DNA of 64,000 bases from Candidatus Latescibacterota bacterium. Lineage in GTDB: Bacteria; Latescibacterota; UBA2968; UBA8231. The notes under the pieces are model-generated. The model searched no databases and was not told the origin of the DNA. It was given only the letters and a program-made list of their open reading frames with translations. How positions within the stretch are numbered: the first letter of the stretch is position 1; each line of letters starts with the position of its first letter. Of the stretch, positions 41,471 through 50,080 are shown in pieces. The stretch spans positions 864,001 through 928,000 of the forward strand of contig CBDFJF010000001.1 of the NCBI GenBank assembly GCA_965248265.1, given 5' to 3'. The translations under genes and the position numbers were made by a program.

Positions 41471-43222
41471 ATGAAAGCTTGGTGTCGAATTGGCTTGGCA
41501 TTGCTGGCACTCGCAAGTACGGTCGTACGGGTCGGGGCCGGCCAAAGCAATCTCCAGGACAAGAAGATCATCATGGGAGGTGGGATGGGCATGCCCCACG
41601 TGCGGGATTTGGCAGAGCACGTCGCCGCCATGGAAGCGCACGCGTCGTTTGACGGGGTGGCCATCTATCCGCCATACGTGACCAAGGGCGACGATGTGAT
41701 CAGCATCGGGCATCCCTTCTACGAGGGCCGGCGGCTCGACATCGAGGATTTCAAGGAAGCGGCTGCGCGTCTGCAAGCGGCCAGGGCCACACGCTATCGG
41801 CACAACTTCCTGTGGACCTACGTGACCACTGGCGACGTCGACGTCGAAACGCCCGACTGGTTCGACCCGGAGTTCGACACGGTCGTCCACAACTGGAAGG
41901 TCGAGGCCGAGTTCTGCAAGCGGGCCGGCCTGGCCGGCATCATGTTCGACAGCGAGCAGTACTACGGCCGGAAGATGTTCAGCTATCAGGGCGCGAAATA
42001 CCGGGACACCAAGACAGCTCAGGAGTATGCCGAGCGGATGTTCGACTACGGGGCGCAGATCATGCGGGCCGTCAACACCGTCCACCCAGACATCAAAATC
42101 ATGTTCCTCAACGGCCCGACCATCTACGCGTGGGAAGGCGATGAGGCAGCGTACGGTATGACACGTCACTTCTTCGATGGCATGCTCTCCCAGTGCACGG
42201 GCATGGCTCAGGTGATCGACGGTTTCGGACACGCATACGGATTCCGCCATGGGATTTCCTACTCGTCGAGCCGGCGGATGATGAAACAGAGACTGCGTGG
42301 CTTGAGTCGCGTCCCCGGCAAGTTCGACCGGCATTTCCGCGCCGCATTCGGCGTCATCATTGGGCCGAACTGGCCGTACCGGATCTCGGATGTCCCCTTT
42401 CCCGAGGACGTGTCACGCAGTTACTACACGCCTGCCGAATTCGAATACGCCCTAAACCAGGCGCTCGAGTACAGTGACGAGTATGTCTGGACGTACTCCT
42501 TGGGCTGCACCTGGTGGGAAGGTGGGGCGAAGAAGCCCGGGGACGTCATCCCCCAAGCCTACCGCGACGCCCTGCTCGCGGCCAAGCAGCCCCACCCCTA
42601 CATACCGGTGCTGCGCAATCTGGACGCCCACGTCGCCCTGCGTCCGGGCAGCGCCCTGCCTCCCCGCAAGTTGAGCCAGCCGGTGAGAGGTTACGCAGAG
42701 GCGGACGAATTCCAGACGTATGACGAGGAAGCGACGTTCGGTGCCCTGTGGACGGAGTACCGATTCCTGGCCGACCTGCCGCATCTGTGGCGGTTTCGCA
42801 TTGACCCATACGACACCGGGGTGAAGGAGGGATGGTTCGGTCCCGTAGTGAACGAACGGAACTGGTTATGGATCACCAGTGAGCTGCCCTGGGACAATCA
42901 AGGGTACCGTCTCTACGACGGTTACGGATGGTATCGACAGGAGTTCGATGCTCCCGCCCTGCCCGATGACACGAAGGTCTTTCTCGCTTTCGGGGGCGTG
43001 GCGCATGGCGCAGAGGTTTACCTGAACGGTACCAAGGTAGGCGAACACAACATGGACAGCTCACCCTGGGAGAGCCGCAGGTTGCCAGACACGTGCTTCC
43101 TGATCGACGTCAGCGGCTCGCTCAAGAGCGGCCAAGAGAACCTGCTGGCCGTCCGCGTCGTCGACTATGGCATGTACGGTGGCGGAATCTGGAAACCCGT
43201 CAAGCTGATCGCCAGGAAATGA
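41471..43222 (+). CDS. Secreted protein: unknown TIM-barrel-like domain plus GH2-type sugar-binding domain
   Basis: Signal peptide, GIMFDSEQY. C-terminal WRFRIDP..G...GW..YDGYGWYRQEF..FGGV..VYLNG..ENLLAVRV..GGIWKPV. Confidence 0.75.
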   Translation: MKAWCRIGLALLALASTVVRVGAGQSNLQDKKIIMGGGMGMPHVRDLAEHVAAMEAHASFDGVAIYPPYVTKGDDVISIGHPFYEGRRLDIEDFKEAAARLQAARATRYRHNFLWTYVTTGDVDVETPDWFDPEFDTVVHNWKVEAEFCKRAGLAGIMFDSEQYYGRKMFSYQGAKYRDTKTAQEYAERMFDYGAQIMRAVNTVHPDIKIMFLNGPTIYAWEGDEAAYGMTRHFFDGMLSQCTGMAQVIDGFGHAYGFRHGISYSSSRRMMKQRLRGLSRVPGKFDRHFRAAFGVIIGPNWPYRISDVPFPEDVSRSYYTPAEFEYALNQALEYSDEYVWTYSLGCTWWEGGAKKPGDVIPQAYRDALLAAKQPHPYIPVLRNLDAHVALRPGSALPPRKLSQPVRGYAEADEFQTYDEEATFGALWTEYRFLADLPHLWRFRIDPYDTGVKEGWFGPVVNERNWLWITSELPWDNQGYRLYDGYGWYRQEFDAPALPDDTKVFLAFGGVAHGAEVYLNGTKVGEHNMDSSPWESRRLPDTCFLIDVSGSLKSGQENLLAVRVVDYGMYGGGIWKPVKLIARK

Positions 43223-43313
43223 GAAGCTCGGCATCGAGGAGGTATCCCTATTTGCCACTCCTCGCTTGCTTCGTCTTGTTCAGGTGAAGGAGTGCCCATG
43301 CTCGGGATCCATA

Positions 43314-44828
43314 TCAACGGAGCAAGAAGCCAGAGAAGTCATAGGACAGGACGGCCGTGAAAGCCGCGCCTTCTCCCGGCTTGCTCTGTACCAGAATCTC
43401 GCCGTTGTGATCGCGCATGATTTGATAGCAAATCGACAGTCCGAGCCCTGATCCGACCCCCACGCCTTTCGTGGTGAATCCAGGCTCGAAGATCTTTTCG
43501 AGGTTCTCATCGGAGATACCGATACCGGTGTCTTGGACCGTCACGTGCAGTTTGTCGCCCTCTTTCGATGTGGTCAGGGTAATCCTTCCGGTGCCCTCAA
43601 TGGCCTCGATCGCATTGACCAGAAAACAGAGGAAAACCTGGTTCAAGCGGCCAGGGTAGCAGACAATCGGCGGGACCTCGCCGTAATTTCTGATCACCTC
43701 AATGCGATCTCCCAGATCGTGTTGGACGAGCCTCAGTGTGTCATCGAGGCCGGAGTGGATGTCTACCTTGTTCAATTCCGCCTCATCCAGACGGGCAAAA
43801 TTCTTCAGACTCTGCATAACGGTAGACACGCGTTCCGACCCGTTCCTGATCACGTCCGCGCTGTCGGCAACGACCCGCAGGATCGCATCTGCTCTGCTGC
43901 GTCCGCGACTATCGGTCGAAAGTGATTCCTCCAGCAGGACCTTGAGCTTTTCCGCTGCCCGGCCAAGTGTGTCGTGAACGCTCGACATCGCCCCGATCGG
44001 GGTGTTGATCTCGTGGGCGATCCCGGCTACTAGATTGGCCATCGCAGCCATCTTTTCGGACTGGACCAGTTGCACTTGTGTCTCCTGCAGTTCCCTGTTC
44101 GTCTTCTCCAGTTCGGTCAAACTGTCCTGGAGTTGCTTTTGAAGCTTCTTGAGTTGGGTAATATCGTGGGCGTAGATACGCACGAGATTGTTCGACGCCA
44201 TATAGGTCGTCTTCTGTTCATAGATATGGCCCTCAACCTCCAGCTCGCGCAGATACGATTCTTCCTCACCCTCCTCAAGCGAGCGAATGATCGCCTCCAG
44301 ACCATCGAGCATGGGATGCTGCAGTCCGGCCGCCGACAGATCCGGAAACCTCTCCTGGGCAACAGGATTGATGTAGGTCACCTTGCCGCCCAGATCCGTC
44401 TCGATAACTGGGTTAGGATTCTGCTCTGGAAACGTCGCCAGCCGACGGAGTGCCTCCTCCGCACGCTTGAGCTCGGTAATATCGTAGGCGTAAATGCGCA
44501 CGAGATTGTTCGACGCCATGTAGGTCGTCTTCTGTTCGTAAACATGACCTTCAACTTCGAGCTCGCGCAGATTCGACTCTTCCTCACCTTCCTCCAGCGA
44601 ACCAATGATCGACTCCAGATCGTTGAGCATGGGATGGGCAAGTCCGGCCGTCGACAAGTCCGGAAACCGCGCCCGGGCAACAGGATTGAGATAGGTCACC
44701 TTGCCTGCCAGATCCGTTTCGATAACTGGATTAGGATTCTGTTCCGGAAACGTCGCCAGCCGACCCAGGGCCTCCTCCGCGCGCTTGAGCTCGGCCTCTC
44801 TCGCTGCCAGTTCGGCCGATTCATTCAT
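43314..44828 (-). CDS. Cytoplasmic histidine kinase with two tandem PAS-like domains
   Basis: Two FPEQNPNPVIETD repeats, AHEINTP, NQVF..NA, DTGIG, FTTKGVGVGSGLGL. Confidence 0.92.
   Translation of the reverse strand: MNESAELAAREAELKRAEEALGRLATFPEQNPNPVIETDLAGKVTYLNPVARARFPDLSTAGLAHPMLNDLESIIGSLEEGEEESNLRELEVEGHVYEQKTTYMASNNLVRIYAYDITELKRAEEALRRLATFPEQNPNPVIETDLGGKVTYINPVAQERFPDLSAAGLQHPMLDGLEAIIRSLEEGEEESYLRELEVEGHIYEQKTTYMASNNLVRIYAHDITQLKKLQKQLQDSLTELEKTNRELQETQVQLVQSEKMAAMANLVAGIAHEINTPIGAMSSVHDTLGRAAEKLKVLLEESLSTDSRGRSRADAILRVVADSADVIRNGSERVSTVMQSLKNFARLDEAELNKVDIHSGLDDTLRLVQHDLGDRIEVIRNYGEVPPIVCYPGRLNQVFLCFLVNAIEAIEGTGRITLTTSKEGDKLHVTVQDTGIGISDENLEKIFEPGFTTKGVGVGSGLGLSICYQIMRDHNGEILVQSKPGEGAAFTAVLSYDFSGFLLR
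44148..44792 (-). repeat. Intragenic 318-bp (106-aa) tandem duplication
   Basis: Matching nucleotide blocks at offset 318, e.g. 44161 vs 44479 and 44463 vs 44781. Confidence 0.9.
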
Positions 44829-44902
44829 TGACTTTCTCCTTGCTCGCACACTTCGCTTTGAGGTCTGCCGAATCCCAGTCTGACACGGACCGTGGGCTGT
44901 AC

Positions 44903-45490
44903 TTAACAACCAGGCTTTTCCATTCCCGCGAGGGCGGTGTCCACCAGCCCCAACAGCCTAACCAGCTTAGCAGATAGAATATCGATAATGTTTCTGTGAA
45001 CCTTGGCCTCCAAGGCAGGTTCGCTTTTGAGCAGCTGTTGAAAGTGGGAATAGCCAAGGCAGAGAACCTTGCTCTTTTCGGTTGCTTCGAGAACCACCGG
45101 TCGCGGCCGGTTGGCTATGAATCCGAGTTCACCGACCGTCGTTACCGGCGCAACCGTGACGCTCTGCGATCCGTTTTTCGCCGTCGCTCTCAACCCACCA
45201 GATAGCAGGATGTACATATGATCGCTGCTGTCGCCGCCGCATACCTGCTGCCCGGGATCATATGAGTCGACGTGGCAAATTTTGAGGATCTTGCGGATCT
45301 GGCCATCATGAATCCCATCAAGGAAAGGGAGCTGATGGAGCACGGATGTGGGCGATCGCTCAGACTTGCTTGGCTTCGCTTCGGGTTCCTGTCCGTCTGA
45401 CGTGCCCTTTGCTTGAGGTTCGAATGGGGACTCCACTTGCCGCAGGTCGAGCAGCCACTCATACCGTTTGTCTATGTGGCCTTCTCGCAT
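44903..45490 (-). CDS. Stand-alone cyclic-nucleotide-binding domain protein
   Basis: LPFLDG, YDPGQQV, MYILLSG, VGELGF, PRP..LEA. No HTH. Confidence 0.75.
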   Translation of the reverse strand: MREGHIDKRYEWLLDLRQVESPFEPQAKGTSDGQEPEAKPSKSERSPTSVLHQLPFLDGIHDGQIRKILKICHVDSYDPGQQVCGGDSSDHMYILLSGGLRATAKNGSQSVTVAPVTTVGELGFIANRPRPVVLEATEKSKVLCLGYSHFQQLLKSEPALEAKVHRNIIDILSAKLVRLLGLVDTALAGMEKPGC

Positions 45491-45773
45491 GCGCAACTCC
45501 GTGTTGAAATCGAACAAACACAAACCTGTGGCACGTGCCAGTCGCAATATAAACGGAGACTCTCGCCGTGCCCACACCCTTACGTTCGACGATCAACGGT
45601 GTCTCTTTGACAGCTGCCACCGTCGAAGGTGAAGAAGAATCTCGATCTGAATCCATTGACAGATTGGTCCGGGTTTCGTTTTCTATGCCGCAGATACTGC
45701 CCTTTAGTCCGTCGACCACAGCTCATTTGTGCAAGGATGATAGCAAATAGGCAACCCACGCCGGTCAGGAACA

Positions 45774-45789
45774 TGGAACTGTAGTTGCA
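45774..45789 (+). promoter_or_regulatory. Sigma-54 (-24/-12) promoter upstream of the split-barrel pair
   Basis: TGGAAC-TGTAG-TTGCA (GG-N10-GC), 30 bp before the ATG at 45820. Confidence 0.6.
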
Positions 45790-45819
45790 GCACATAGTTT
45801 TACATGAAGGGAGTCGCAC

Positions 45820-46299
45820 ATGATTCCAGGCAGCATAAAGAGTTTCTTAGAGGAGGAGGCGACCGTGGCCGTCGCTGGCACTCGAAACGGGGACAATATT
45901 CCCCAGGTTCATCGAGTGTCCGGGTGGAGGGTAGATCCAGATGGTCAGGCCATAAGCTGTTTGATTCCCGCCAGCTACGCTGAGGAACTTGCGGCCAACC
46001 TTCAGGACAACGGTCGACTTGCGCTTACTCTGGAGCAGCTCGGCTCACACAAAACCTACCAGTTCAAAGGGGATTTTCTGGACTCCAGACCAGCTGACGA
46101 CGACGACCGCACAATTGCCGAGCAGCAGGCACAAGTGTTCGGAACAACGCTCGGCAGCCTTTTTGGCGTACCGGACGAGATAGGCCAGGCTTTCATGCCA
46201 CCTCCCAGCTTGGTCGTTCGTTTCACCGTGCGTGAAATTTTTCTCCAGACGCCTGGGCCAGGTGCCGGCCAGCGGCTCGTACCACCGGAGGAACAGTAA
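45820..46299 (+). CDS. Pyridoxamine 5'-phosphate oxidase-like split-barrel protein
   Basis: VAGTRNGDNIP, ANLQDNGRLAL, HKTYQFKG, IFLQTPGPGAGQRL. Confidence 0.75.
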   Translation: MIPGSIKSFLEEEATVAVAGTRNGDNIPQVHRVSGWRVDPDGQAISCLIPASYAEELAANLQDNGRLALTLEQLGSHKTYQFKGDFLDSRPADDDDRTIAEQQAQVFGTTLGSLFGVPDEIGQAFMPPPSLVVRFTVREIFLQTPGPGAGQRLVPPEEQ

Positions 46300-46709
46300 T
46301 GGCAGATGTCGAGCTTCCCGAGGAAATCAAGGAAGTGATGCAGAACGGGATCCCGGCGATTATCGTGACTTCCTCCGCTGCCGGAGTTCCCAACGCGACC
46401 ATCATCTCCCAGGCCTACTATGTGGACTCCAGCCACATAGCCCTCTCCTTCCAGTTCTTCAACAAGACCGTACGCAACGTCCGAGAAAATCCGCACGCCT
46501 GTCTCTGTCTTAACGATATCGTCGGAGGCGCCAACTGGATTCTTCATATCCGTTACGATCACTCCGAGAGCGAAGGCGGTATCTTCGATGAGATGGACAT
46601 GCAGATCGAGGCGATTGCCTCAGCAACTGGCATGGCCGGCATCTTCAAGTTGAAGGCCGCGGATATGTACGACGTGACCTCGGTCGAGAAGAAAGCTACC
46701 ACCCGGTAG
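46299..46709 (+). CDS. Second PNPOx-like split-barrel protein
   Basis: GIPAIIVTSSAAGVPNATIISQ, HIALSFQFFNKTVRNVRENP. TAATG overlap with the upstream gene. Confidence 0.8.
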   Translation: MADVELPEEIKEVMQNGIPAIIVTSSAAGVPNATIISQAYYVDSSHIALSFQFFNKTVRNVRENPHACLCLNDIVGGANWILHIRYDHSESEGGIFDEMDMQIEAIASATGMAGIFKLKAADMYDVTSVEKKATTR

Positions 46710-46728
46710 CTCTAAGGAGTCCCCTCGG

Positions 46729-48192
46729 GTGAACGAAGAAGAGCTCGGCGAGGAGCTACGTCGAAAAGCCGCTGAAGTAGAAATTCTGCGGCGAGCTTCG
46801 CTCAATATCAACACAACCCTCGATCTGCGGGAAATCTTCGACGTCGTGCTGCACACGATGGACGAGCTCTTCGACTTCCAGCATTCGATCATCCTCCTGC
46901 CGGAGGGGGCATCGCTGCAGGTCGTGGCCAGTCGCGGGTACGAGGACCAAGCGTTGGGGGGCAAGGTGGCTGTTGGCACCGGAGTGGTCGGTATGGTCGC
47001 GAAGCGGCGCAAGCTCATGCGCGTGAGCAACCTCGGCCAACAACGAGCGTATGCCGCGACGATCCGCGAGCAGATGGAGGAGGCTGGACGAACCAGCGAA
47101 CTGCGTGATGTCGTTCCAGTGCCCGGCCTGCCCGATGCAGAGCATCAGATCGCCATTCCCCTCGTCATCGACGACTCCCTCATCGGTGTGTTCTCGGTAG
47201 AGAGTCCCATACAGAAGGCCTTCAGCGAACATGATGAGCTGCTGGTTACGATTGTCGCCAATCAGGCTGCCAGTGCTATCCAGAATGCCCAGCTGTACGC
47301 TGCCGCGGAGCGGCGGCAACAAGAGCTGACCACGGCCCACGCGAGCTTGAAATCGCTGAATGAAACGCTGGAGGATCGCGTCCAGTCGCGTACGGCAGAG
47401 TTGGAGCGGGCCAACCATGAGCTGCGGGAAACACAGGCACAGCTGGTGCAGTCAGACAAAATGGCCTCTCTAGGCATGTTGTCTGCCGGTATCGCCCATG
47501 AGATCAACACGCCCATCGGCGCCATCAAGTCCAGTACCGACGTTGGTAGCCGTGCGCTCAAAATCATCCAGGAATCCTTTCAGGAGCCGTCGCTGGCCGA
47601 CCTCCTGCAGGAGCACCCGCGCCTGAGCCGCGCCCTGCACGCGATCAAGGACACTGGGGAGACGACGCTGGAGGCGACCGAGCGTGTCCGCTCCATCGTC
47701 CAATCACTCAAAGATTTCGCCAACCTGGACCAGGCCGAGTTACAGCTCGTCGATCTGCACGTGGGCATCGACAGCACACTCACACTGATACAACACTTGC
47801 TCAGGGAGCGGGTCGAGGTCGTTCGCAACTACGCATCGCTGCCTGAAGTGCAGTGTTTCGTGAGTCAGATCAATCAGGTGTTCATGAACCTTTTGACGAA
47901 TGCCGTACAGGCCATCGAGGGTGAGGGCAAAATCACGATCACGACCCGCCGGGAGGATGCGTTGGCGGTCGTCGAGATTGCCGAGACAGGGCGTGGGATC
48001 AAGCCTGAACAACTGGAGCGAGTGTTCGATCCTGGCTTTACCACCAAGGGAGTCGGCGTCGGTGTTGGTCTCGGGTTGTCGATCGCTTATCGCATCATCG
48101 AGGAGCACAATGGCACGATCGATCTCCGAAGTGACGTGGGCAGGGGAACAACATTCACGCTCAGGCTCCCCTTCGCATCACCGCCAGGTTAG
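46729..48192 (+). CDS. GAF-domain histidine kinase
   Basis: GTGVVG, IAIPLVIDDSLIGVF, AFSEHD..ANQAASAIQNAQLY, AHEINTP, FTTKGVGVGVGLGL. Confidence 0.92.
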   Translation: MNEEELGEELRRKAAEVEILRRASLNINTTLDLREIFDVVLHTMDELFDFQHSIILLPEGASLQVVASRGYEDQALGGKVAVGTGVVGMVAKRRKLMRVSNLGQQRAYAATIREQMEEAGRTSELRDVVPVPGLPDAEHQIAIPLVIDDSLIGVFSVESPIQKAFSEHDELLVTIVANQAASAIQNAQLYAAAERRQQELTTAHASLKSLNETLEDRVQSRTAELERANHELRETQAQLVQSDKMASLGMLSAGIAHEINTPIGAIKSSTDVGSRALKIIQESFQEPSLADLLQEHPRLSRALHAIKDTGETTLEATERVRSIVQSLKDFANLDQAELQLVDLHVGIDSTLTLIQHLLRERVEVVRNYASLPEVQCFVSQINQVFMNLLTNAVQAIEGEGKITITTRREDALAVVEIAETGRGIKPEQLERVFDPGFTTKGVGVGVGLGLSIAYRIIEEHNGTIDLRSDVGRGTTFTLRLPFASPPG

Positions 48193-48297
48193 ACTCGGAT
48201 GTCAATCGCATATTGGGCCTTGCTCGATCTGTGGCTGATTCCGACGGGTTGCCTAGCAATCGATAGGGAAAAGATCGCTAACATTGAGTGAGGTCTT

Positions 48298-49812
48298 GTG
48301 ACCGGATCACATCTTCACATCTCTCTGCAGCAACTGACCAACTGCATCAGCCGGATCACTGACCCACCGGATGGACAGGCGGGTTCGTTGCACGAACTGG
48401 CCGGAAAGGTTGTTCGCGATCTGAACGAAACGTTGCGCGATCCGGAAAGTGGAGAGTCGACGGCTGCGCTTGTCCGCTTCTTCATGACCATCGAACACGA
48501 GAGTCTTGACGACTCCGTGTCGAGTTCCATCGCCGATCGTTTCCCGGGTCTTGCACCCCAACCAGAGACTAAATGTCTGACTCTCATGGGCACCGCCGGA
48601 GACGAGCTTGACTGGTGCGACATTGAAAGATCCCAAGGGCATCGCTCGGTTCCACTGATAAGCGAGAAGTGGGTGAATCAGATCCCCATGATCGCTCGTC
48701 TCGTGTTGGAACTAGGGTTGGAGATCCACCAGGTCATAACACCTGCTGCAGACCAAGCGATGGAACAAGAGAAACAGGACTTTCGCGTCTTTCACGTCGA
48801 GGAAGCACTCGACAGTGAGTACATACCGGACCAGGAGTTCGTCGTGTCTCACGGGATCCGTTCGGTTCTGGGTTTCGGGGGCATGCTGCCCACTGGTCAC
48901 CTGTTTGTTGTGATCGTGTTCTCGAAGGCAAAAATTTCGCTGGAGACAGCGCTTTTGTTCCGTACTGTCGCCCTGGGCGTACGGATGATGATGCTTCCCC
49001 TCCTGAAGAAGAAGATCCTCGCCGGGGAGAAGGGGGTCTACGAAGAGGTTGAAAGTCTGCAGGCAGTTACCAGGGCCCAGGCGCAGTTGCTGGCAGTGTT
49101 CCGCACCACCGTGATCGAGCAATCCGACAAGCTGGATCAGACCCTGGCTGAACTGCAGACGACGAACGCCGACCTGCGCACCACTCTCGACGAGCTGAAG
49201 GATGCCCAGTCGCGACTCGTCGATTTCGAGGCAAAGCTCGTGTCGAAGTATGCCGTTGAGAAGCTCAGGGATCCCTCCACCTACAAGGTTGCCTTTATAG
49301 TGGGGACCTTGATCAATCTCTTCGGCCATATCCTGGTTCCTTTCTTGCGTGACCGGCCGAATGTGGGGGAAGCGTTTATCAGCGAGTTGGATGCGCGTCC
49401 CGCACTTGCCGCGATTTCGATCGCCATCGCCTACCTGTTTCCCATCATCGTCCAGGTTCATTCGGCGGTAACGGGCCGTCTCCGTGGTCACGGAACCGAG
49501 ATGCGCGCTGCGTTCGCGGACAGTACGCCGGACCCGGTGTTTCGAGCGGCCGTAGACGGCCGTATCATAGATGCCGGCGCCGGCACTCGTGCCTTGCTGA
49601 CCCGATACGACTTGGACACTGCCCAGGACGTTCTCGGCGTCCAGTTATGGGGAAAGATTCTCGAAGCGCAGCGCGGTGGCAGTCAGCTCCAACGCGAGAC
49701 GTACGTCCGCGTCGAAGCACTCAACGATTCGTTCTTTGTGGCATACTCCAGAGCGGCTAACGGTGCGGTGAACATCTATCTTACGGCGGCTGAACCCCGA
49801 GGAACTTCATAA
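48298..49812 (+). CDS. Multidomain protein: GAF-like, coiled coil, NrtS-like two-TM domain, PAS-like; no output domain
   Basis: GHRSVPL..IPMIARL, EFVVSHGIRSVLGFGGMLP, heptad coil, KVAFIVGTLINLFGH..IAYLFPIIVQVHSAV, FADSTPDPVFR. Confidence 0.7.
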   Translation: MTGSHLHISLQQLTNCISRITDPPDGQAGSLHELAGKVVRDLNETLRDPESGESTAALVRFFMTIEHESLDDSVSSSIADRFPGLAPQPETKCLTLMGTAGDELDWCDIERSQGHRSVPLISEKWVNQIPMIARLVLELGLEIHQVITPAADQAMEQEKQDFRVFHVEEALDSEYIPDQEFVVSHGIRSVLGFGGMLPTGHLFVVIVFSKAKISLETALLFRTVALGVRMMMLPLLKKKILAGEKGVYEEVESLQAVTRAQAQLLAVFRTTVIEQSDKLDQTLAELQTTNADLRTTLDELKDAQSRLVDFEAKLVSKYAVEKLRDPSTYKVAFIVGTLINLFGHILVPFLRDRPNVGEAFISELDARPALAAISIAIAYLFPIIVQVHSAVTGRLRGHGTEMRAAFADSTPDPVFRAAVDGRIIDAGAGTRALLTRYDLDTAQDVLGVQLWGKILEAQRGGSQLQRETYVRVEALNDSFFVAYSRAANGAVNIYLTAAEPRGTS

Positions 49813-50080
49813 CCCGACCGCGTTCCGTTCTATTGACACGGAGACACCATAGAGGCCGTGTTGTGAGAGATGCAGACGCCGCCAAACGAACTGGCGGCCT
49901 CCGTCTTGAAGTAACGGCCTTCTCCTCTCCCAGCAATCTCGACGGTGATGTCGCTGGACGGGCTGACGGCCCCTTAAGACCAGACGGTGAGCGCGTACTA
50001 TCGCCGACCGACCTCACAGAGTCCGATGATCGCATTCACAGAGTGCTCGAAGCCAGACCTGAGCGATCCAGCCCTGTAGA

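Noticed and set aside
45742-45757. Leftward sigma-54 motif for the cNMP gene (GGGTTG-CCTAT-TTGCT)
   Set aside because: Spacing fits, but the -24 box is poor and it lies ~250 bp from the likely start.
46707-46731. Stop readthrough fusing the second split barrel to the GAF kinase
   Set aside because: The two ORFs are in different frames and the kinase has its own AAGGAG RBS.
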